This document shows positions 16,359 through 26,160 of a DNA stretch of 64,000 nucleotides, one piece after another. Source of the DNA: an uncultured Bacilli bacterium. Its GTDB lineage: Bacteria; Bacillota_I; Bacilli_A; RF39; UBA660. The position numbers were made by a program, and so were the translations under genes. The notes beneath the pieces are model-generated. The model was not told where the DNA came from, searched no databases, and saw only the letters and a list, made by a program, of their open reading frames with translations. How positions within the stretch are numbered: position 1 is the first letter of the stretch; every line of letters begins with the position of its first letter. The stretch lies in assembly GCA_947598485.1 (NCBI GenBank), contig CANQFJ010000005.1:3387-67386 (forward strand), in the 5' to 3' direction.

Positions 16359-17731
16359 TGGACTTAACAATAACTAAAAAGCAACAATTATTTATTAATT
16401 CTCCTGCATTTGAAACTTTATTCGGAGGTGCAGCAGGTGGAGGTAAGAGCTATGGACAATTAGTCGATAGCTTTTTATATGCATTAAAGTACCCTAAAAG
16501 TAAACAAATTATCTTCCGTAGAACTTTCCCTGACTTAGAGAAAACTCTAGTAAGGGTAAGCCTGGAACTCTATCCAAAGTCAGTTGCTCAATATAACTCA
16601 AGCAAACATACTTGGACATTTAAAAATGGTTCAATTATAGATTTTGGCTATATAGATAGTGAGAAAGATGTTTACCAATATCAATCAGCAGAATACGATG
16701 TTATTAGATTTGATGAATTAACACATTTTACTGAATATATGTATACATATATGATTTCAAGATGCCGTGGAGCAAATGGCTATCCTAAAGCAATAAAAAG
16801 TTCTACTAACCCAGGAGGTATTGGCCATACTTGGGTTAAAAAGAGATTTATTGATATAGGAGCTCCTAATGAAGTTCACGAATGTGAATTAGATAGTGGT
16901 AGTACAGTTACAAGGATATTTATTCCAAGCCTAATAGCAGATAATCCATTTATTCTCAATAATGATCCTGACTATATAAAAAGGCTTGATAACTTATCTG
17001 AAAAAGACCAAAAAGCATTAAAATATGGCGACTGGGATATATACGATGGCCAATACTTTAATGAATTTGCGAGGAGAATACATGTATGCAAGCCATTTGC
17101 TATACCAGAGCATTGGAACAAGTACATATCTATGGATTATGGGCTTGATAAGTTCGCAGTTTTATTTTTTGCAATCGATGAAAAAGGTACAGCCTATATC
17201 TATAACTATATTCATAAAGAGAATCTTATTGTATCTGAAGCTGCTCAAACTTTAAAAAGTTATATGAGAAAAGATAGATTTAGAGATATATATGCTCCAA
17301 GTGATTTGTGGGGAAGAAACCGTGATACAGGTAAAAGTACATACGAAATATTCCTAGATAACGGAATTAACTTAACTCAAGCAAGCCGAGATAGAATACC
17401 TGGATGGTTAGCGGTTAAAGAGTGGCTAAAAGTGTTAAAAGTAAGAGATGAACAAACTGGACAGGTAAAAGAAATTAGCCATTTGGTTATCTTTGACACG
17501 GTAGAGCCATTAATTGAGTATCTACCACAAATACAACACGATGAAAAGAATCCTAATGATTGTGCAATAGAACCGCATGAATTAACACATATATGCGATG
17601 CACTTAGATACTTTTGCATAAGCAGAACTAATGCAGCTAGGCCAATTGTTAATAAAGAAGATACATTTACCGATATATTTAAAGACACTTCTCATTATGT
17701 TGACTATGGGGAAGAAATAAAAGTAATTTAG
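16358..17731 (+). CDS. terL: terminase large subunit
   Basis: Walker A GGAAGGGKS, Walker B-like VIRFDELTH, C-terminal nuclease region with acidic residues. 457 aa. Confidence 0.9.
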   Translation: MDLTITKKQQLFINSPAFETLFGGAAGGGKSYGQLVDSFLYALKYPKSKQIIFRRTFPDLEKTLVRVSLELYPKSVAQYNSSKHTWTFKNGSIIDFGYIDSEKDVYQYQSAEYDVIRFDELTHFTEYMYTYMISRCRGANGYPKAIKSSTNPGGIGHTWVKKRFIDIGAPNEVHECELDSGSTVTRIFIPSLIADNPFILNNDPDYIKRLDNLSEKDQKALKYGDWDIYDGQYFNEFARRIHVCKPFAIPEHWNKYISMDYGLDKFAVLFFAIDEKGTAYIYNYIHKENLIVSEAAQTLKSYMRKDRFRDIYAPSDLWGRNRDTGKSTYEIFLDNGINLTQASRDRIPGWLAVKEWLKVLKVRDEQTGQVKEISHLVIFDTVEPLIEYLPQIQHDEKNPNDCAIEPHELTHICDALRYFCISRTNAARPIVNKEDTFTDIFKDTSHYVDYGEEIKVI

Positions 17732-17745
17732 AAAGGAGTTTATCA

Positions 17746-18018
17746 ATGGAAACAATAATAACATGTGCCTTATTTGGCACTTTTATTTTGCTATCTTTTA
17801 CTCTTGGATTGCATTATGGATCTAAAGTTAAAAACAATCAAACTATAGATCTCCCTAGTGCGTTAAAACCAATAAAAACTATAAAAGAACAAAAAGAGCA
17901 AAAGGAAGTAAAGAAGCAAATAGACATTGAACAGGAAATAGAAAGAATTAATCTGGAGAACATAGAAAATTACAACGGAAGTGAAATAGGGCAACAAGAA
18001 TTTCCAGATAGGAGGTAA
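17746..18018 (+). CDS. small membrane-anchored protein
   Basis: 90 aa with an N-terminal TM helix and RBS AAAGGAG. Confidence 0.4.
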   Translation: METIITCALFGTFILLSFTLGLHYGSKVKNNQTIDLPSALKPIKTIKEQKEQKEVKKQIDIEQEIERINLENIENYNGSEIGQQEFPDRR

Positions 18019-18023
18019 TCATA

Positions 18024-19712
18024 GTGGATACTAAAGAACTGCAAGAAACTAGAATTTGGGATTTATATGAGAAACATGTTAATTTTATGCATCAAAAACA
18101 TATATATTCCGATACTGATTTAAACAACCGTATGTACAATGGCGACCAATGGTATGGATTGAAACTTAAAGATGCTGAAAAGATACAACTAAACTTTATA
18201 AAGCAAGTAGTAAAACAAAAAGTATCTACTATTACTTCTAACTTGTTTGCAATAAATTATAGCCCTGAAAATGTGGAAAACCCAGACTTTTATGATATGG
18301 CTCAAAAGACATGTGATTTGCTTAATAAAAAAGCTTCTAAAGTATGGGACAAGGACTACATGGATAAGAAGATAAAAAAAGTAGCAAAAAAAGCTGCAAT
18401 AAATGATGAAGCTATAATCTATGTTACTTACGATTTTGAAAATAATAGTCCCTTAAATGAAGTCCTTTCAAAAAATGATGTAATGTATGGAAATGAAAAT
18501 GAAGATGAAATCCAATTACAACCTTATATTTTGATTAGACATAGAATGACTTTAATTGAGATAGAAAACATTCTTAAAGAAGAAGGATTATCAGAGGAAC
18601 TTTTAAAACTAGTATCTACTGATAATGACAATTCTACTGCAGCAGGTTTAGATGCTAAATTTGAAGTAGAAGATAAAGTTTGGGTGATTACTAAACTATA
18701 CAGAAAAGATGGAACTATTCACTTTAGCCAAGCTACTAGATATGTAGATCTAAAAAAGGATAGAGATACAGGCTTAACATTATATCCGCTATCTCATTAT
18801 AATTGGGAAGATGAAGAAGGAAATGCTAGAGGAGTAGGAGAAGTAAGGAATCTTATTCCTAACCAATTAGAAGTAAATAAAATAGCAATGAGAAGAGCTA
18901 TTACTTCTAAAAACATTTCTTATCCACAAAGAGTAGTAAACGAAAATGCAGTTGCTGATAAAGGCAGTGTTAATAAAGTTGGTGCAACAGTATGGTTTAA
19001 AGATATGGGGAATACTAAAGCAAGCGATGTGTTTATGACTACTAGCCCTGGCCAAATAGGTGTTGATAGTGAAAAGCTACAAAGTGAACTTATTACCTTA
19101 TCTAGAGATTTAAACAACGCCGGAGATGCTACAACTGGTAATATAGACCCAGAGAGTGCAAGTGGTAGAGCTATTCTAGCTGTACAAAATGCACAAAATC
19201 AACCTTTAACTGAGCAAACAATAGGCCTAAAGTTCTTTATAGAAGATTTAGCCCGAATTTGGTTTGATATGTGGAAAACCTATGCTTCTGATGGCCTTCA
19301 AATTGAAGTGGAAAATACCGATGCTACAACAGGCCAAACTTCTTTAGCACTTCAAACGATTCCAAGTTATATTTTAGAAGAATTAAATGCAAGTGTAAAA
19401 GTAGATATAACACCTAAAGGTGCTTACGATAAATACGCTCAAGAACTTTCATTAGAGAATATGTTTACTAATGGCAAAATAACTTTTGAGGAATATGTTG
19501 ATTCACTAGATCCAGATAGTGTTATGCCAAAGGCAAAACTAGAAAAGATTATGAGAGATAGACAAGAAGCTCAAAGACAAATCGATGAGATAGAACAACA
19601 AGCTCAAGCAATGAAAAACCAATCTCAAATGGAAATGTTTAACCGAAGTGAAATAGAAAATATTGCTAATCAAGGCAATCAGTTAATAAATCAAGCTATG
19701 CAAGAAGCTTAA
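18024..19712 (+). CDS. portal protein
   Basis: 562 aa, directly after terL, with a Q/E-rich coiled C-terminal tail. Called on size and position. Confidence 0.7.
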   Translation: MDTKELQETRIWDLYEKHVNFMHQKHIYSDTDLNNRMYNGDQWYGLKLKDAEKIQLNFIKQVVKQKVSTITSNLFAINYSPENVENPDFYDMAQKTCDLLNKKASKVWDKDYMDKKIKKVAKKAAINDEAIIYVTYDFENNSPLNEVLSKNDVMYGNENEDEIQLQPYILIRHRMTLIEIENILKEEGLSEELLKLVSTDNDNSTAAGLDAKFEVEDKVWVITKLYRKDGTIHFSQATRYVDLKKDRDTGLTLYPLSHYNWEDEEGNARGVGEVRNLIPNQLEVNKIAMRRAITSKNISYPQRVVNENAVADKGSVNKVGATVWFKDMGNTKASDVFMTTSPGQIGVDSEKLQSELITLSRDLNNAGDATTGNIDPESASGRAILAVQNAQNQPLTEQTIGLKFFIEDLARIWFDMWKTYASDGLQIEVENTDATTGQTSLALQTIPSYILEELNASVKVDITPKGAYDKYAQELSLENMFTNGKITFEEYVDSLDPDSVMPKAKLEKIMRDRQEAQRQIDEIEQQAQAMKNQSQMEMFNRSEIENIANQGNQLINQAMQEA

Positions 19713-19936
19713 CACTACTTATGAGTAGTGTATTGATAATGTAGGTATACAAAAACATAATATCTATATTATCAGTACAGTGCTTATAAATAGCACTATC
19801 ATATTGCCAATATCGGCATTATGGTCTGAACTCGATAGAAATATCGGGTTTTATTTTGGTCTAATGCGTGAAGACCTTACCAAAAAAACTGTGAGTAAGT
19901 GAAGCAAAACACTTAACAAAAAAATAGGAGGAAAAT

Positions 19937-20779
19937 ATGGAAGATGAAATCCAAAATGTAGTTGAAGAAACCACTGAAAATACTGTGGAACAACCAGCAG
20001 AAGAAGTTGTTGAAGGTGCGGAGTTATCAAACGCCGCTGAAGCAGAGGAAACAACTGCTGAAGAAACTAAAGAAGATAACAAAGGCCGCTATATGACTGA
20101 GGAAGACATTAATAAGCTAGTAGATCGAAGAGTTGCTAGAAAGATGTCTAAACTTGAGGAAGATTATGATAGGCGAATGGCCGATTATAACGATACCAAA
20201 GCCATATTAGAGGCGGGATTAGGAACTTCTGATATAAAAGAAGCTAATCAAAAGCTAAGAGAGTTTTATCGTGGAGAAGGCTATGAAGTGCCTGACTATA
20301 AACCAACTTATACTAAACGAGAAAATAAAATCTTAGCAGAAGCAGAAGCAAATGAATTTATTGAAGATGGTTACGATGCCATGCTTAATGAAGCTAATAA
20401 GTTAGCTGCAAAAGGCTATGACAATATGGATGAAAGAGAAAAAATCATTTTCACTAAATTAGGAGAAAAGCTTACTGCTGAAAACGATAAAAAAGCTCTT
20501 CGCCAATTAGGTGCTAAAGAAGATTTAATTAATGATGAAAATTTCAAAGAATTTAGAAATCAATTTAAGTCCAATACACCTATGGAAAAAATATATGCCT
20601 TGTATAAAGGCATTCAACCTAAAACAAAGGTTGAAAATCCAGGTAGTATGAAAAATACTCCTACAAAAGAAGCTAAAGATCGATATACCGATGAAGAAAT
20701 AGCAAACCTTACCTTAGATGATCTAGATAAGCCAGGTGTTTTTGAAGCGGTAAGAAAATCAATGACTTCTAACAATTAA
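19937..20779 (+). CDS. scaffolding protein
   Basis: 280 aa with a very acidic N-terminus and helical K/E-rich body, between portal and capsid genes. RBS TAGGAGG. Confidence 0.6.
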   Translation: MEDEIQNVVEETTENTVEQPAEEVVEGAELSNAAEAEETTAEETKEDNKGRYMTEEDINKLVDRRVARKMSKLEEDYDRRMADYNDTKAILEAGLGTSDIKEANQKLREFYRGEGYEVPDYKPTYTKRENKILAEAEANEFIEDGYDAMLNEANKLAAKGYDNMDEREKIIFTKLGEKLTAENDKKALRQLGAKEDLINDENFKEFRNQFKSNTPMEKIYALYKGIQPKTKVENPGSMKNTPTKEAKDRYTDEEIANLTLDDLDKPGVFEAVRKSMTSNN

Positions 20780-20801
20780 AGAAAGAGAGGAAAGATAGCT
20801 C

Positions 20802-21635
20802 ATGGATGGAGCAAAACAAACAATATGGCATAAGGCTTATGAAAGAGCTTTAGAGACCATTACAAGTTTAAGAAATCACTGTGATTTCAAATATGAAAAA
20901 GATAGTAAAAATGCAAAGGAGGTAAAGGTTCTTAACGCAGTAAGACCTACAGTTAAAAAGTATGTACCTGGCACTAAGATTGATAGAGAATCTATTAGTG
21001 CAACTGATATGACTTTAAAACTAGATCAATTCTATTATTTTAATATTTCAATTGATGATGTTGTTAAAGCTCAATCAGTACCTGGTGCTATGGAAGCAAC
21101 TGCACAAGAAGGTGCTATTGCATTATCAGAAGAAGGCGACAAATATGTTGCAGAAGTTGTTAAAACTGGTGTAACTAATGAAGATATTGCTGCAGTAGAT
21201 AGTATTACACCTTCAAAGGCTAATGCTATTGAACATATCGAAAACGGTTTTGCAGTTTTATATGGTAATAACTGCAAAGTTAGTGAAAATTATTGGCTAG
21301 AAGTAGATCCTACTTACTACAAATATATTAGACCATCTATTACAGAGTTATTAACTAACAATGTAGAGATGGCTAAGAAAGGTATTGTTGGTAAGTATGG
21401 TAATGCTAATATCACTATTGAAAACCTATTACCTCACGATGAAACAGATGTTTATAATATCTTAAGAACTGAACATGCTATCGCTTTTGCTGAGCAAATT
21501 AATAAAGTTGAAGCATATAGACCTCAAGATGCATTTGAAGATGCTTTAAAAGGGCTTTATGTTTTCGGTGCATTACTTGCTAGAAAAGAAGAAATCGTAG
21601 TTCTTAAAACTAAGAAACCTGGTTTAACACCCTAG
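20802..21635 (+). CDS. major capsid protein (short, 277-aa form)
   Basis: Position after the scaffold, A/G/V-rich composition with higher-GC codon use. Ends ...KKPGLTP at CCC TAG. Confidence 0.65.
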   Translation: MDGAKQTIWHKAYERALETITSLRNHCDFKYEKDSKNAKEVKVLNAVRPTVKKYVPGTKIDRESISATDMTLKLDQFYYFNISIDDVVKAQSVPGAMEATAQEGAIALSEEGDKYVAEVVKTGVTNEDIAAVDSITPSKANAIEHIENGFAVLYGNNCKVSENYWLEVDPTYYKYIRPSITELLTNNVEMAKKGIVGKYGNANITIENLLPHDETDVYNILRTEHAIAFAEQINKVEAYRPQDAFEDALKGLYVFGALLARKEEIVVLKTKKPGLTP

Positions 21636-22221
21636 TAAGCCCGAAAAGGGCGAAATTAACTCTGTAACAGTTAATGTATCTTCTGGAAATTTAAAAGTTT
21701 CAGAAGCAGTAGCCGATAAGGAAATAGGCTCTATCTCTGTTGATGGCGGAGAGGAGCCTTATTCTTATGAGTTAACTGGTACAGATGCTGATAAGTTTAA
21801 AGTTGAAGAAACTAAAGTAAAAATTAAAGAAGCTTTAACTGAACCAAAAACTTATACAGCAAAAGTAAAGGTTACTGATAAAAACCAAAAAGAAAAAGAA
21901 AGCACTGATTTTAGTGTAGAAGTATCAGCAGATGATCCTGAAATAACTTCAATTACAGTTACTCCTGAACAAGGATTAACGGATCCAGTTACTGTTGATG
22001 CTAAGGTAGCTAGTTTAAGTTGTGAAGGTGGTACACCAGAATACACTTATTCTTTAGCTGGAGGTACTGATGATGAAAAATTTAAAATCGATGGTACTGA
22101 AGTAAAAGCAAGTCAACAACTAACAGAAAATACTTATACAATCAAAGTTAAAGTAACAGATAGTAAGACAAAAGAGAAAACCTCAGATGATGTAACTATA
22201 ACTGTTAGCAGTGCTGAATAG
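21634..22221 (+). CDS. Ig-like double-domain C-terminal extension of the capsid protein, read in the +1 frame (no own start codon)
   Basis: Frame 1 is open from 21628 to the TAG at 22219-22221. All 195 sense codons were checked by hand and none is ATG, GTG or TTG. There are two ~90-aa repeats with the pattern GG.P(Y/E)(S/T)Y.L.G.D..KFK....V......TYT.KVKVTD. Confidence 0.6.
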   Translation, partial: SKPEKGEINSVTVNVSSGNLKVSEAVADKEIGSISVDGGEEPYSYELTGTDADKFKVEETKVKIKEALTEPKTYTAKVKVTDKNQKEKESTDFSVEVSADDPEITSITVTPEQGLTDPVTVDAKVASLSCEGGTPEYTYSLAGGTDDEKFKIDGTEVKASQQLTENTYTIKVKVTDSKTKEKTSDDVTITVSSAE

Positions 22222-22240
22222 AGGCTTAATGCCTCTTTTT
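22221..22240 (+). terminator. rho-independent terminator after the Ig-like extension
   Basis: GAGGC-TTAAT-GCCTC followed by TTTTT. Confidence 0.6.
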
Positions 22241-22300
22241 ATCGTGTAAAAAGTATAATTGGTGCAACTCCAATAACACGACCAAGAAAGGATTTATATT

Positions 22301-22672
22301 ATGGAAAAGATTGAATATTACACTTTAAGACCTAATTTAAAACAAATTTACGGAAAGAAAGTAACAAAAAATACTGCCTTTAATGAAAAAACTGAAGATG
22401 GCACTGTTACTCAAGAATTTAAAAACTTAACATTAACCACAAGAATAAATAAAAAGAATAAAGTAGGGCAATACGAAATAGAAGAAAAGTCCGAAATGAA
22501 AGTAAAAGTGCCCGAAGGAACAATATTAATTTGGGATGAGCAAGAGGGCTTTATAGTTCCTCAATATCAAATGTGTACTTTAGATGAATTACAAAAAGAA
22601 ATAGAAGATATTCAAGACATTTATAAGGGTGATGATAATGACACTAAGGGAAATGAAAATAAAGACATTTAG
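22301..22672 (+). CDS. hypothetical virion protein (123 aa)
   Basis: First gene after the capsid terminator. RBS AAAGGA. Confidence 0.45.
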   Translation: MEKIEYYTLRPNLKQIYGKKVTKNTAFNEKTEDGTVTQEFKNLTLTTRINKKNKVGQYEIEEKSEMKVKVPEGTILIWDEQEGFIVPQYQMCTLDELQKEIEDIQDIYKGDDNDTKGNENKDI

Positions 22673-23234
22673 TCTTATAGAAGAATTTTATCCAGAAGAA
22701 AAAGGTTTAGCAGAAGATGAAGATGTTCTAAATAAAATAAATGGCGTAATAAATCAAATTCAAATGGACTTAATGCCATACAGGAAAATAAATGCTTCAA
22801 CTGAAGTTGAAATTGCCAAAGAAGATGATAAAGAAATCGACTTAACAAGTTTAATTGAAGGACTTTATCAAATAAACAAGATATATTTTGGCAAAGAAAG
22901 TGTTGAGTATGATATGCCTAACGACACTACTTTAATACTTCCTGATGACTACGAGGGAACATTTAAAATTTATTATTATAAATATCCAGAACTTGCTAAG
23001 CTAGAATTTAAAGATGAAGATGAAAAGCAAAAATATGATTCTAAATATGAATTTGAATTAGATCCTGATTTGCTTGAAGTAATGCCTTATGGTGTTGCTG
23101 ATACTCTTTTAAAAATGGATATGATAAGTAATTATGGGCAATATTTTAAAGCAGAATATGATGCAAGAAAGAATCAGCTTGATTCAAGAAGAACAAAAGG
23201 ATTTGCAACTATAACAGGAGGGTGTGATATTTAA
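22638..23234 (+). CDS. putative head-tail adaptor (position-based)
   Basis: About 199 aa. ATG at 22638 preceded by AAGGGTG. The size and position resemble a T7 gp11-type adaptor. No motif support. Confidence 0.35.
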   Translation: MTLREMKIKTFSLIEEFYPEEKGLAEDEDVLNKINGVINQIQMDLMPYRKINASTEVEIAKEDDKEIDLTSLIEGLYQINKIYFGKESVEYDMPNDTTLILPDDYEGTFKIYYYKYPELAKLEFKDEDEKQKYDSKYEFELDPDLLEVMPYGVADTLLKMDMISNYGQYFKAEYDARKNQLDSRRTKGFATITGGCDI

Positions 23235-25012
23235 TGGCAAGTTTATCTAGTATAATTACAAGAGTTTATAGCAATTTTCGTGGTGTTGATTTCTCAAATA
23301 ATGAAGTAGATAGATCTAGGAGCCCTTTTGCTTTGAATATGTGGAAAAATTATAAAGATAGTGAGTGCATTGAAACTAGGCCTGGAACAACATTACTGAA
23401 TAACTTTGGTAATAGAATTCTAGGCCTTTTTTTCTTGAAAAAAGATGATATATTACATGTTTTAGTACATACTGGTACAAAACTATTAAAATGGACTAAT
23501 TATCCGTCTACACCCGCTCAAACAACTGAAATTTTTGGCAGTATGAATGTTAGAGAAAGTAGCAGTTTTGTTTTTAAAGATACTTTATTTATAATGGATG
23601 GAATCAATTATTTAGAATATGATGGAGAAACAATTAAACCGGTAGAAGGTACTATCCCAATGACTTCATATTATAAAAACCCTGATGGTTCTACTTATAT
23701 TGATGAAGATACGGATATAGATTTAGTTTATCAACCAGTAAACTGCTTAACCAATCTTAGAAAAAATGCTTTTATTCCAGATGGAGTTAGTAAAGATTTT
23801 TACTTGGATGCTAAAAATTTAGATAGTTCAGCTATTTATCTTATGACCGCTACAGTTGGAGGTGTTCCTAAAACCGAAGGCGTAGATTTTAGCGTAGATA
23901 GAGAAAATGGAATTGTTACCTTTAATGAAATACCTCCTAAAGAAGAAGACGTTAAATCTGGCAAAGGAGACGTTGTTATTACTTACTCTAAAACAGGCGA
24001 GGGATATAAAGATAGAATTTTAAACTGCACTTTAGTTTGTGAATTCGATAATCGGTTCTTTTATAGTGGTAATCCTGATTATCCTAATACAGTCTTTCAT
24101 TGTGAACTTTATGACCCTAGATACATAAGAGATACAGCTTATTACGAATGTGGCCTTGATTTAGCCCAAGTAAAAGCAATTATCCCTGGTAATGGTGTAT
24201 TATGGGTTCTTAAGGATATTGAACAAAATTCAAGTAGCGTTTACTATTTAACACCAACACTGGACTCAACATATAACAAAATTTATCCTAGTGTTAACGG
24301 TTCGATTGCTTTAGGATGTTTATCTGCAGGAATTAATTTTAATGATGATATAGTATTCTTTTCAATTAAAGGATTAGAAGGCATTTCAAGCGGTTCTATG
24401 TATAGTGAACAATTATTACAACATCGTTCTAGCCTAGTAGATAATAAAATGGTTCACGAAGAAAAATATAAAGAGGTTAAATTAGCCGAATACAATGGCT
24501 ATTTGATGTGTTTTATGGGTAGTAAGGTATATTTAGCCGATAGTAGGAAAAGATACCAAAGTGGGGCTAATTCAATCGAATATGAGTGGTTCTATTGGGA
24601 ACTTCCGTTTGAAGTAAGCTATGTTAAAGAATATCGTCAAAATTTATTCTTAGCTAATGAAGATGGAGATTTATTCATTTTAAAAGGTATAACAGATAAT
24701 GGAGTAGATATTGAAAGTATATGGACTACTACTAAAGATGATTTTGGTTGTCCAGGTTATACTAAAACTACCAATAAAAAAGGAAATGTAGCAGAAGTAA
24801 AAACGATGAATAATGATAACATCCATCTTGATACAATAGTCGATGGTGTCTTAAAAGAAAAGAAAGTATTTTCAGATAAAAAGGGTTACTTCCCTTACAA
24901 AATAAAAGATAAAAAATTTAAAAATATTCAAATAAAAATTAGTTCAAATAAACCATTTGGACTTTTTTCATGTACGTTACAAGGTTTTGTAGCGGGCTAT
25001 ATAAAACGATAG
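23234..25012 (+). CDS. putative tail nozzle/tubular protein (position-based)
   Basis: 592 aa. ATG overlaps the previous stop (TAATG). Beta-rich composition. Confidence 0.35.
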   Translation: MASLSSIITRVYSNFRGVDFSNNEVDRSRSPFALNMWKNYKDSECIETRPGTTLLNNFGNRILGLFFLKKDDILHVLVHTGTKLLKWTNYPSTPAQTTEIFGSMNVRESSSFVFKDTLFIMDGINYLEYDGETIKPVEGTIPMTSYYKNPDGSTYIDEDTDIDLVYQPVNCLTNLRKNAFIPDGVSKDFYLDAKNLDSSAIYLMTATVGGVPKTEGVDFSVDRENGIVTFNEIPPKEEDVKSGKGDVVITYSKTGEGYKDRILNCTLVCEFDNRFFYSGNPDYPNTVFHCELYDPRYIRDTAYYECGLDLAQVKAIIPGNGVLWVLKDIEQNSSSVYYLTPTLDSTYNKIYPSVNGSIALGCLSAGINFNDDIVFFSIKGLEGISSGSMYSEQLLQHRSSLVDNKMVHEEKYKEVKLAEYNGYLMCFMGSKVYLADSRKRYQSGANSIEYEWFYWELPFEVSYVKEYRQNLFLANEDGDLFILKGITDNGVDIESIWTTTKDDFGCPGYTKTTNKKGNVAEVKTMNNDNIHLDTIVDGVLKEKKVFSDKKGYFPYKIKDKKFKNIQIKISSNKPFGLFSCTLQGFVAGYIKR

Positions 25013-25023
25013 GAGGATAAAAA

Positions 25024-26148
25024 ATGACTGATGAAGAAAAATTAGGAAGAATTGAACAAGAAAGACAAAAAGCTTTAACTGAGTCTAATTCTGCTTTTGA
25101 CGAATTAAGTAAAAATAGCCAAGACTTATATGACTTCCAAAATAATAATGCTAACCAATATGAACAACAACAAAATGATATTTTGGATAGAGAACTACAA
25201 TTTAATGAGTCAAAAATTGAACAACAAAAAGAGGAAGCTAGAAAAGCTAAAGAAGTAGAAGAAAAGAAAGCAAGAAATGACTATGCTGAATTTATAAATC
25301 CTTATGGCTATCAAAATGAAAGCTTAGCTGAAAGAGGATTACTTAATTCAGGAGTTTCAGAAACTTCTCAATTAGGAGGTTATAATGCTTATCAAAATAG
25401 ATTGTCTTCTGCTAATAAAGTATTGCAAGATGCTTTAACTCAGTATGATAACGATATAAATGAAGCAAGAGTTAATAATGATGTAGCTAAAGCTCAAAAT
25501 GCTCTAGCAAAACTACAATCCCAAATGCAATTTGCTGAAAATTATTATAATAACAAGTCAAATATTACTCAAAATAGATTAAATGCTAACCAATCATTAG
25601 ATAGTGAATATAATAGCCGTTATCAAAATGAGTTAGATAGGCAAGAAAGTATAAGACAATATAATGAACAAATGGAATTCCAAAGACAACAAGCAGCACA
25701 AGATCAAGCAAATTGGGAAAGAGAATATGCTTTAAGCCAAGCAAAAAATTCAAGTAGTTACTATGGCGGATTAGGTTCAGGTTACTATGGAACTAGTGGA
25801 AGTGAATTAGCTGGAGGTTTATCTGCTAATGGATATGGCATTATAGCTAATCCATATACTGGAACTGTCAATTCGGATGCACAATACGGAGTATTCCAAT
25901 ATAATGAATCCGGAACTGGATATCAACCTAACAATATTAATGGTCAAAAATTAAATAAAACTACTGCGGATGTAAAATCCTACTTTGGTATGACGGGAAA
26001 TGTCGATTCAGGCAAAGCTAATGTTGATAGTCAACATGTATGGGAGCTAAATGGAAGATTCTATATATGGGATGGACATGCTAATGAATATGTAGATGTT
26101 ACTGGTGCAGGAATAATGACGCCTATACCATTAAATAAAATGAAATAG
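25024..26148 (+). CDS. Q/N-rich coiled-coil virion protein with G/Y-rich C-terminal region (possible internal/ejection protein)
   Basis: 374 aa with RBS TAGGAGG. Low-complexity Q/N and SSYYGGLGSGYYG segments. Confidence 0.4.
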   Translation: MTDEEKLGRIEQERQKALTESNSAFDELSKNSQDLYDFQNNNANQYEQQQNDILDRELQFNESKIEQQKEEARKAKEVEEKKARNDYAEFINPYGYQNESLAERGLLNSGVSETSQLGGYNAYQNRLSSANKVLQDALTQYDNDINEARVNNDVAKAQNALAKLQSQMQFAENYYNNKSNITQNRLNANQSLDSEYNSRYQNELDRQESIRQYNEQMEFQRQQAAQDQANWEREYALSQAKNSSSYYGGLGSGYYGTSGSELAGGLSANGYGIIANPYTGTVNSDAQYGVFQYNESGTGYQPNNINGQKLNKTTADVKSYFGMTGNVDSGKANVDSQHVWELNGRFYIWDGHANEYVDVTGAGIMTPIPLNKMK

Positions 26149-26160
26149 AGGAGGATAGTT

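Noticed and set aside
21636-22221. The Ig-like ORF as an independent decoration gene.
   Set aside because: The 196-codon open frame contains no ATG, GTG or TTG at all, and it begins only 7 nt before the capsid stop. Independent initiation would need ATT or ATA with a poor SD. A frameshift fusion is much more parsimonious.
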